Shown here one piece after another: positions 56,822-64,000 of a DNA stretch of 64,000 bases. The stretch comes from a virus. Each line of letters begins with the position of its first letter. The stretch's first letter is position 1. Below the pieces are notes generated by a model that saw nothing but the letters and a program-made list of their open reading frames with translations, searched no databases and was not told the DNA's origin. Where the stretch lies: positions 65,140-129,139 of IMG/VR virus record IMGVR_UViG_3300005617_000028; one strand, written 5' to 3'. The translations under genes were made by a program, and so were the position numbers.

Positions 56822-58003
56822 ATGCCTGACGAGCTTGTGATCGTGCCGTGCAGCGGTGATGAGGGCTACATCGAGCTGGCCCGCACCAAGACCGGCCGGC
56901 TGTTCAAGAAGCACATCCTCACCATGGGCGACCTGCGGCACCCGGTCACCGGCGAGACGATCAAGGTGGATGACACGTTCACCAAGGCGCTCGCCAAGAA
57001 TTTCCGTGACGGGGCCTGTGACATCGTCCAGGTCCCGCTGGCCAACGACAAGAACGAGCACACCGAAGACCCCGAACGCAACATCGGTGAGGTCATCGAC
57101 GTGCAGGTCCAGGACAAGAAGATCTACGCCGTCCTCGACGTCCGCGACGACAAGCACGCCGACAAGATGGGCAAGACCTATCTGGGCGTGTCGGCCATGT
57201 TGAACCTCGACTACACCGACACCAAGACCGGCACCAAAGTCGGTCCGACCCTCCTGCACACGTGCGTGACCAACCGGCCATACGTGACCGGGCTGGAGCC
57301 CTATCAGGAGATCGTCGCGGCAACGTCCGATACATCACAGGGAGCGGTCCTGCTCAGTACCGACGTGATTGCTCCTGGCGCCACCGAGGTCGATCCGGGA
57401 ACCGCCACTGCGCACGAATCCAAGGAGACGGACATGGCAGAAACGGCCACCATCGACACACCGCCGGCCAAGCTGTCCCTGGAGGACATGCTCGCGGCGC
57501 TGAAGACCGAGCACGGTATCGATGTGCCGTCGCTGCAGACCCAGGCCGGTGCCGCCGACCAGGCCGCCGCGCAGGCCGCCACCCTGTCCGCGTCGCTGAC
57601 GAAGGCCCTCACCGACGCCGGCGTCATCTCGCTGACCGCCGGTACCGACACCACGCAGGTGTCCACCGAGGACGTGGTGCACGCGGTGGCCGAGCTGGCC
57701 ACCAACAACGTCACGCTCACCGACCGGGTGCACAAGCTGGAGCGCACCGAGGCGGAGACCCTGGTCTCCACCCTGATCGGTGAAGGTCGGGTCCTGCCGG
57801 CGCAGAAGAACGCCCTCGTCGAACTGCGCCTGACCAACCCGACCATGTTCGGTCAGCTCATCCCGGCCGAGCCGATCGTGAAGCTCAACAACGAGTCCGG
57901 GGTCACTCCGGCCGACGACACGGCCCACACGCAGAACGTGGACGCGGAAATCGCGCGCCTGTCCAACCTGATGAACGACAACGCCGGCAAGTCGAAGAAG
58001 TAA
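56822..58003 (+). CDS. Capsid maturation protease/scaffold fusion
   Basis: H...PE.NIG, YLGVSA, GPTLLH...TNRPY..GL; C-terminal V..LI.EGRVLPAQK scaffold. Confidence 0.8.
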   Translation: MPDELVIVPCSGDEGYIELARTKTGRLFKKHILTMGDLRHPVTGETIKVDDTFTKALAKNFRDGACDIVQVPLANDKNEHTEDPERNIGEVIDVQVQDKKIYAVLDVRDDKHADKMGKTYLGVSAMLNLDYTDTKTGTKVGPTLLHTCVTNRPYVTGLEPYQEIVAATSDTSQGAVLLSTDVIAPGATEVDPGTATAHESKETDMAETATIDTPPAKLSLEDMLAALKTEHGIDVPSLQTQAGAADQAAAQAATLSASLTKALTDAGVISLTAGTDTTQVSTEDVVHAVAELATNNVTLTDRVHKLERTEAETLVSTLIGEGRVLPAQKNALVELRLTNPTMFGQLIPAEPIVKLNNESGVTPADDTAHTQNVDAEIARLSNLMNDNAGKSKK

Positions 58004-58057
58004 CCCGGGCAGGTTGTCGGGGTCCACGGGGAACAACCAGCCGAGGGAGAGGCCAAC

Positions 58058-58459
58058 ATGGCCACCACTGCTTACGAGAAACTTCCGGTCCCTGGAGTCG
58101 TGTCGCCGACGGGTACATTCGTCGACCCGGAGATCCTGTACTCCACGGCCGGGCACACCCAGAAGGGTGTCACCCTCGCCGGCGGGCAGGGCATCCTCCC
58201 GGCCGGCTGTGTCCTGGCCCGCAAGACCAGCGACAAGAAGTACTACGCCTACAACAACGCCGGGGCGGGTGGCCTGGAGGTCGCCCGTGGCGTCCTACGC
58301 CGCGGCGCCGACACCGGGGGAGCCGGTTCACCCGACCAGCTCGGCAACATCGTCATCGCCGGCATCCTGCGGCTGTCCGCACTGTCCGGCGCGGACTCCG
58401 CCGCCCTCGTGGATCTGGGCGCGGTCACCAACACCGTGATGGACACCTTCAAGTTCTGA
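58058..58459 (+). CDS. Head decoration protein
   Basis: GVTL..GQG.LP.G.VL.....KY..Y....G...A.GVL; directly upstream of the capsid gene. Confidence 0.8.
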   Translation: MATTAYEKLPVPGVVSPTGTFVDPEILYSTAGHTQKGVTLAGGQGILPAGCVLARKTSDKKYYAYNNAGAGGLEVARGVLRRGADTGGAGSPDQLGNIVIAGILRLSALSGADSAALVDLGAVTNTVMDTFKF

Positions 58460-58598
58460 GCTTGACCTATCAGGCCAGCTGGATGATCCCGACTTCGGGA
58501 AGCGCAGGCCGGGCTCGACCAGAGCCGCAGACGTCAGGTGCTGGTCGGTACTCACCGCAGCGGGTCGTCCGTTGACGCGGTGCCCTGTTTAGGAGAAG

Positions 58599-59624
58599 GT
58601 GAGTAGTTTGCCCGACATTAGCCTTTTGGAGCCGATGGTCCTCCGCGGCGTGGTGGAGAAATTCCTGGCACCGGAGAACCTGCCGATGCTCAGCCGTCTC
58701 GACCAGACTCCGTGGCCATTCCCGTCAGCGGCGTGGGATGTTATCCGGGGCAGCCGGATGGTGGCCAAGCCGAACGTGCCCAACAGCGAGGCGCACATCG
58801 TTCCGCGGCTGGGCCGGTCGCAGGAAAGCGCCGCGTTCGTCTACCTGCGCGAGAAGAAGGTCTTCGAACCGACCACCCTGCACTGGCTGCGCACCCCCGG
58901 GCAGATCGCGGCGACCAACGCTGAGAAGGCCGTGCTGCGTGAGGTCGCCGACCTCAACCAGCGTTTCGACAACTTTGCCGAGTTCTGCATCTGGGGTGCG
59001 ATGAAGGGCCAGCTGGTGCTGGACTTCCCGGACGTGCAGGCCAACATCGACTACAAGATGCCGGCCACCCACAAGCCTTTCCCCGGTACCGGCTGGGACA
59101 CCGCCACACCGGCGCAGATCGTCGGCGACGTGCGCGCCTGGAAGCGGGTCATCGCCCGCGACGGCCGCGTGCCGGCCAAGGAGGCGTTCGCCACCGAACT
59201 CACCCTGGCCTACATCTTCGATGCGTTCGCCACCACCGGCAACGGCACCTCCTTCTTCGGCGGCACACTGCTGTCGGACCGGATGAAGGACCAGTACTAC
59301 ACCCAGGGCATGCTGCCCGGATTCATGGGTCTGGACTGGAAGACGGTGGAGACCATCTACGACGACGAGAGTGGCGTGGCCACCCTGTTCGTCCCGGACA
59401 ACGCCCTGTTCATGGGCAACTACACCGACCAGCGGCCGATGGAGCTGCTGATCGGCCCGACCGCCGATGACGAGGCCCCGGACAACTTCACGGGCAAGTT
59501 CGCCAAGACGTGGAAGGACAAGGACCCGTCGGCGCGGCAGTACCTGCTGGAGTGGAATCTCCTGCCGGTGGTCACCCGGCCCGAGCAGATGGTCTACGTG
59601 GCCGACGTGACGTCTACTTCCTGA
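58599..59624 (+). CDS. Major capsid protein (lambda gpE-like family)
   Basis: AGGAG RBS; E......L/M.G, IDY..P..H, W...DP.......LPV; size and position. Confidence 0.9.
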   Translation: MSSLPDISLLEPMVLRGVVEKFLAPENLPMLSRLDQTPWPFPSAAWDVIRGSRMVAKPNVPNSEAHIVPRLGRSQESAAFVYLREKKVFEPTTLHWLRTPGQIAATNAEKAVLREVADLNQRFDNFAEFCIWGAMKGQLVLDFPDVQANIDYKMPATHKPFPGTGWDTATPAQIVGDVRAWKRVIARDGRVPAKEAFATELTLAYIFDAFATTGNGTSFFGGTLLSDRMKDQYYTQGMLPGFMGLDWKTVETIYDDESGVATLFVPDNALFMGNYTDQRPMELLIGPTADDEAPDNFTGKFAKTWKDKDPSARQYLLEWNLLPVVTRPEQMVYVADVTSTS

Positions 59625-59659
59625 TCCCTTTCAGGTCGGCACCAGGGGATCAGGTCATC

Positions 59660-59691
59660 GAGGGGGCACCGGGAACGCACCGGGCCCCCTC
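59660..59691 (+). terminator. Hairpin after the capsid gene
   Basis: GAGGGGGCACCGG...CCGGGCCCCCTC. Confidence 0.6.
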
Positions 59692-59765
59692 GCTGGCGTA
59701 TATCGCACCCCCCGTACCGGTAGCGATAGGTGTGGGACGCCAATGAGCCGACTTGTTGAGGGTAC

Positions 59766-60119
59766 GTGAATGCCCTGGACACACTCCTCCCGACAGGCGG
59801 GGTTGGCGCCTGCCTGGCGGCGGTCATCTTCTATCTCCTCGCCTCCAACCGCACCGACCGCAAGGAATACCAGGAAGCCATCGACCGGGAGCAGGACCGC
59901 GCCGACTCCGCCGGTGCCCGCGCAGTGGTGGCGGAACTGGGGCTGGATGAGGCCCGGGCTGCCCGGCGCCTCGCCGAAGACGCGGCAGCTCACATCAACC
60001 GCGAGGTGGTCGCCGATCTGCGGGTCCAGATCCGGGACCTGGAACGTCAGGTGGCCACCCTGCGCCACACCGTTGTCGCCAAGAGCGGCACCATCCTCGA
60101 ACGGCCGGGACCCCAATGA
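59766..60119 (+). CDS. Single-TM plus coiled-coil protein (holin/lysis accessory-like)
   Basis: N-terminal hydrophobic helix, then heptad coil. Confidence 0.55.
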   Translation: MNALDTLLPTGGVGACLAAVIFYLLASNRTDRKEYQEAIDREQDRADSAGARAVVAELGLDEARAARRLAEDAAAHINREVVADLRVQIRDLERQVATLRHTVVAKSGTILERPGPQ

Positions 60120-60925
60120 CCGAAGATGAGCAACCGACCATAGCCATGGCGGCGGTACCCGACGAGGAACCCCAGCCTGGCCTCAGCGAGGTACGCCACC
60201 AGCTCACCGCGCTGCGTGAACGCCAACTCCGCCGCCGCGTCATCGGCGTGGTCATGGTGGTGGCACTGCTGTTCGCGGTACTCGGCTGGATCACCGCGTC
60301 GGTCACCTCCAAGGCGCAGACCGAGAACCGCCGCGCCAACAACGCCGTGGTGGGCGCGCAGCAGCTCTGCGACCAGGTCCAGGCCCTCGGCGGGCGATGT
60401 GTGGTGGACCCGGGTCAACTTCAGGGCCAGACCGGCGCCCAGGGCCCACCCGGCCCACCCGGACTGGACGGTGTGGACGGTCTGGAAGGCGCGCCCGGCC
60501 CGCAAGGCGCCGACGGTGATCCCGGGCCGTCCGGCCAAGACGGGCAGAACGGCGCCGACGGCGCTACCGGGCCGGCGGGAGCGGACGGAGCGGACGGTGC
60601 CGCCGGACCAGCCGGAGGTCCTGGACCTGATGGACCACCCGGGCCGCAGGGCGAGCCCGGGCCGCCCGGACCGCAGGGTGACCCCGGACCGCGTGGAGAT
60701 CCCGGCCCGACCGGCTCGCCCGGCCCGGCTGGTGCGGTCTGCCCACCTGGCACCCATCTGGCCACCGTCGAGCTGGAAAACCCCGACGGCACTCCCGTCA
60801 CCGTGCTGGGCTGCCAGCCCGACCACCCGACACCCACCCCCAGTGACACACCACCCAGCGAACCGCCAGCCAGCGCCGAACCGACCCCGTCGTCGGTGAC
60901 CGTGGCCAGCGCGGCAATCCGATAG
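60116..60925 (+). CDS. Membrane-anchored short collagen-like protein
   Basis: TM helix, LC.QV..LGG.C, ~105 aa Gly-X-Y, CP.G...C. Confidence 0.8.
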   Translation: MTEDEQPTIAMAAVPDEEPQPGLSEVRHQLTALRERQLRRRVIGVVMVVALLFAVLGWITASVTSKAQTENRRANNAVVGAQQLCDQVQALGGRCVVDPGQLQGQTGAQGPPGPPGLDGVDGLEGAPGPQGADGDPGPSGQDGQNGADGATGPAGADGADGAAGPAGGPGPDGPPGPQGEPGPPGPQGDPGPRGDPGPTGSPGPAGAVCPPGTHLATVELENPDGTPVTVLGCQPDHPTPTPSDTPPSEPPASAEPTPSSVTVASAAIR

Positions 60926-60949
60926 AGACAGATGAGAGGCGGGGACACC

Positions 60950-61663
60950 ATGGCGAAGCGCATTGACCGGTCCGGTGAGGCCACCGTGGTCGACGTCCTG
61001 GCCGGCGGTGACCTGGTCACCCCGGCCTCCTACGGGCAGCAGACCGCCCTGGACACCGACATGGACTTCGACACCACGGACACCGACATTGGTTGGGATG
61101 ACATACCCGACGACCAGGACGACGACACGCCCGATGACGTACCGGCTGTGGCGGCGCCCCGGCTGGTGCCTGAGCGTGAGCTGAGCCCCGAGCAGCGACG
61201 CATCCGCGACCTCGAACACCAGCTGGCCCTGGAACGCGGCCGCAAAGACCCCGACCCCGAGCTGGAACCACCGGTCATCAACGGGTCCACCGCCAACATC
61301 CTCATCCACTTCGTCGACGACGGACTCACCGCCCTGGGCAAGGTGTGGTGCCGCGGACAGGAGCTGGAATTCACCCCCGGCTCCCGCGCCTACAACGACA
61401 CCAAGGACCGCACCGGGCGTTCCTGGCTGGAACTGCGCGACGACGAGGCCGGCCAGCTGCAGCGCTACGGCCGGGTCATGTTCCGCAGCGGCCCCTGGAC
61501 CGGCAAGGGTTATGACGACATCGCCACCGCGGCGTTCGAACCGCTGAAGCCGCTGACCAAAGACGGCGCGCCCCCCGCCCGTCCGACGTCGGCGGAACTG
61601 GCCGCCGCGATGAAGGCCGAGGCCACCCGCCGGCGTTCCGCACCCGTCCTGCCGGCCCGGTAA
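60950..61663 (+). CDS. Hypothetical virion-region protein
   Basis: IHFV.DG.TA.G.VW.RGQE.E...Q..RYG.V.F..GPW. Confidence 0.7.
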   Translation: MAKRIDRSGEATVVDVLAGGDLVTPASYGQQTALDTDMDFDTTDTDIGWDDIPDDQDDDTPDDVPAVAAPRLVPERELSPEQRRIRDLEHQLALERGRKDPDPELEPPVINGSTANILIHFVDDGLTALGKVWCRGQELEFTPGSRAYNDTKDRTGRSWLELRDDEAGQLQRYGRVMFRSGPWTGKGYDDIATAAFEPLKPLTKDGAPPARPTSAELAAAMKAEATRRRSAPVLPAR

Positions 61664-61668
61664 CAGCC

Positions 61669-62178
61669 ATGCTCACCGTGCCCAGCGTCACCGCCCTGGC
61701 CACCTTCAGCGGTCGGGGCGACAGCAGCTACAGCGCCTTCGCCACCCAGGCACTGGCCCAGGCGACTCTGCTGTTCGCGCTGCGCACCGACCTGTCGGAG
61801 TACCCCGACGACCCGCAGCTGCTGCAACTGGCCACCAACGCGATCCTGGAGATGGCCGACCGGATCTACCTGGAACAGCCCCACGCGGCCGCGTTCGCCA
61901 GCCCACTGACCAGCGAATCGATCGGCTCGTACAGCTACAGCAAGGGCAGCGCCGCGTTTCGGGCCAAAGACGGCGAGAAGACCGGCCTGTTCTGGTGGGA
62001 CCTGGCCCTGGACCGGCTCTCCGGGATCGGCCGCTCCCGCATCAGCAGCGGATCCGTGTCGGTGATGGAGCGGGTGGTGCAGATGTCCGCCGAGGGGGAC
62101 CTCTATGTCACCGGACCGGCCGACGTCGACGCCACCATGGTGTTTTCCGGCAGTATTGCGCCCTGGATCAGCACCTGA
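61669..62178 (+). CDS. Head-to-tail adaptor
   Basis: SESIGSYSYSK motif; position. Confidence 0.75.
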   Translation: MLTVPSVTALATFSGRGDSSYSAFATQALAQATLLFALRTDLSEYPDDPQLLQLATNAILEMADRIYLEQPHAAAFASPLTSESIGSYSYSKGSAAFRAKDGEKTGLFWWDLALDRLSGIGRSRISSGSVSVMERVVQMSAEGDLYVTGPADVDATMVFSGSIAPWIST

Positions 62179-62624
62179 TGGCCGGGCTGCGCCACCTGTA
62201 CAACTGCCGGGCCCGGGTGCAGCGCCTGTCCGGGATCCTCACCGCCGGCACACCGACCATCACGTGGTCCACTGTGGACGACATGTTGGATCCGGTGCTC
62301 GGCGAACCCGGTCAGCTGATGTGCCGGCTGGATCTGACCTTTGTCCGCCCCGGCAAAGACCAGCCGATGGCGGTGGTTGCCGGACGTGCCCCCGACCGGG
62401 TCGGTCTGCTGTTCTGCGACGCCACCAACGCGCTGAAAGCCGGCGACCGGCTGCACCTGCTCGCCGGACCCGTGACAGGAACGTTCGAGGTTCGGGTCAC
62501 CCCAGACCCGGCCCTCGACCTGGCCAGCGCCCACCACCTGGAGGTCCAGGTCATCGAAGTCGCCCAGGCCCTGGTGAACGTGTTCCCCGGTGCCCCGATG
62601 GAGAACCAGGAGCCGGTGCCGTGA
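62178..62624 (+). CDS. Head closure/stopper
   Basis: TGATG-coupled; LKAGDRL...HHLEVQV.E. Confidence 0.7.
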   Translation: MAGLRHLYNCRARVQRLSGILTAGTPTITWSTVDDMLDPVLGEPGQLMCRLDLTFVRPGKDQPMAVVAGRAPDRVGLLFCDATNALKAGDRLHLLAGPVTGTFEVRVTPDPALDLASAHHLEVQVIEVAQALVNVFPGAPMENQEPVP

Positions 62625-62995
62625 GCGTGGACGTAGAAGTCGACACCAGCGACGTCGACCATGAGCTGCGCCGGCTGCGTGATGGGCCGGACGTGCGTAC
62701 CGACCTGCGACTGGACGCGGCACTGACCGCGCTGTTCCTGCAGACACAGCGGGTGGTGCACGTCATCACCGGCTCGCTGAAGGGCTCCGGCGACCACGAC
62801 AGCCACGTGGGGCGCCACACGTGGAACGGGTCGATCAGCTACGGCGGCGCCTCACCCGGGCGGGTCCACGACCCGGTCCGCTACGCCGAGCTGGAAGCCT
62901 CCCGCGGCGACCTGCACAACTTCATGCGGCCCACCTTCAACGCCGACGCCGGCTACATCGAGGCCATGATGGCCTACCTGCGCGGTGACGGGTGA
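62621..62995 (+). CDS. Tail completion protein (HK97 gp10-like)
   Basis: V.V.TGSLK.S, YA..E, FMRP. Confidence 0.7.
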   Translation: MSVDVEVDTSDVDHELRRLRDGPDVRTDLRLDAALTALFLQTQRVVHVITGSLKGSGDHDSHVGRHTWNGSISYGGASPGRVHDPVRYAELEASRGDLHNFMRPTFNADAGYIEAMMAYLRGDG

Positions 62996-63477
62996 GTACC
63001 CCGGTCGTCGCCGACGACCTGGTGCAGGGCGCCGCCCGGTACCTGGGCGTTCTGCCCGATCTGACCGCCGCCCTGGGCAGGTTCCCCGATGGCACGCCCT
63101 GGCTGTTTCAGCACAGCCTGTGGGCCACCGTGGAAGGGTCCAGCTCCGCCGCCGCGGTGCTGACCAACACGGGCGGCTGGGCCGGCGGCAATCAGCACAA
63201 CACCCTGCGGTTTCCCCGCCTCGGTCTGGAACTGTGGGTGGATCCCCAGCGAGACTCCGCCGGCAATGTCACCACCCCCGGCGAAGCGCAGCGCCGCGCC
63301 GAGGCTCTGTTCGCCCTGTTCGACAAGTACCTGCACCGCCCGGCCGGCGGCACCCAGATGTGGGGCACGGTACGCACCATCACCTCCCTGCGCCTGGCCG
63401 AGCCCACCGTGTACCCGGCACCCGATGGCGACGGTTTGCTGCGCGCCCAGACCTTCTACGCGATCACCCAGGGGTGA
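62992..63477 (+). CDS. Tail terminator
   Basis: Synteny after the gp10-like gene; size. Confidence 0.6.
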   Translation: MSTPVVADDLVQGAARYLGVLPDLTAALGRFPDGTPWLFQHSLWATVEGSSSAAAVLTNTGGWAGGNQHNTLRFPRLGLELWVDPQRDSAGNVTTPGEAQRRAEALFALFDKYLHRPAGGTQMWGTVRTITSLRLAEPTVYPAPDGDGLLRAQTFYAITQG

Positions 63478-63481
63478 GCTA

Positions 63482-63796
63482 ATGCCGACCACCACCGATC
63501 CCGACGACCCACGCCTGACCCATGGCACCGACGAGGCGCCGGTGGCCCAGGCTTCGGCGTACCTGGTCCTCTCCGAAGAGGAACGCGCCCACGGCTTCAT
63601 CCGCCCGGTCCGACGCTCCTACATCCACGACACCTGCGGCACCCTCACCACCATGTCGCTGGCCATCGCCGAGACGTACGCCAGAGACCCGCGCTTCTAC
63701 GGCAGCACCTACTGCACCCGGTGCCAGATGCACCGCCCGGTCGGCCCTAACGGCGAATTCACCTGGGACGGTGGCGCGGACAAGGTCGGCACATGA
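63482..63796 (+). CDS. Conserved Zn-binding hypothetical protein
   Basis: YLVLSEEER..GF.RPVR.SY.H..CG..T.M...IAETYARDP.FYG.TYC..C. Confidence 0.75.
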   Translation: MPTTTDPDDPRLTHGTDEAPVAQASAYLVLSEEERAHGFIRPVRRSYIHDTCGTLTTMSLAIAETYARDPRFYGSTYCTRCQMHRPVGPNGEFTWDGGADKVGT

Positions 63797-64000
63797 AGTG
63801 CCTGGTCAAAACAGCGCTGTCGCCCTACACCGGATACGGCAACGACGGCATCGGCATCGTGCAGGCCCTCCTCGCCGCCGGCGTGGACACCTACCTCGAT
63901 CCGTCGCACGTCTCCGCGCCGCTGCCCCCGGTGGTGGCGAACCTGCTCACCAAGCGGCTGGTCGCCCCGTTCGACCTGCTCATCCACCACACCGACCCGG
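63793..64000 (+). CDS. Probable GT-B glycosyltransferase, 5' part (truncated by window end)
   Basis: Hand-translated MKCLVKTALSPYTGYGNDGIGIVQALLAAGVD...; the TGYG....L...GV motif is typical of GT4 N-termini. Confidence 0.55.
   Translation, partial: MKCLVKTALSPYTGYGNDGIGIVQALLAAGVDTYLDPSHVSAPLPPVVANLLTKRLVAPFDLLIHHTDP

Overview
The window is part of a large, high-GC tailed phage genome, most likely infecting an actinomycete (inferred from GC content, codon style and gene families). Almost all genes are on the + strand. In order: amidase-LysM endolysin, RuvC-like resolvase, RecA and a DUF932-like gene (1-6.2 kb); a ~15 kb array of small early-type genes (7-22.5 kb); a structured non-coding stretch and an AT-rich, iteron-like zone (21-23 kb); an accessory island of orphan antitoxin-like genes, HTH/RHH regulators, Uma2 and a serine resolvase (25-30 kb); a recombination/replication operon (split Rad50/SbcC, Mre11/SbcD, HAD phosphatase, Cas4-like nuclease, beta clamp, DnaX) interrupted by an inverted MazEF-like pair; a glycosyltransferase/methyltransferase trio ahead of a 2342-aa collagen-like fibre; then terminase, portal, protease/scaffold, decoration protein, major capsid and head-tail genes, ending in another glycosyltransferase. 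The most striking unexplained signal is the cassette grammar of the early array: 16 repeated sigma70-type promoters in two families, an 8-copy 17-bp palindrome over the transcription start, and a 15-copy 4-bp stem with compensatory changes that nearly always encloses the Shine-Dalgarno. Duplication junctions suggest genes are shuffled between these leaders. All protein calls come from reading motifs by eye; no database search was run.
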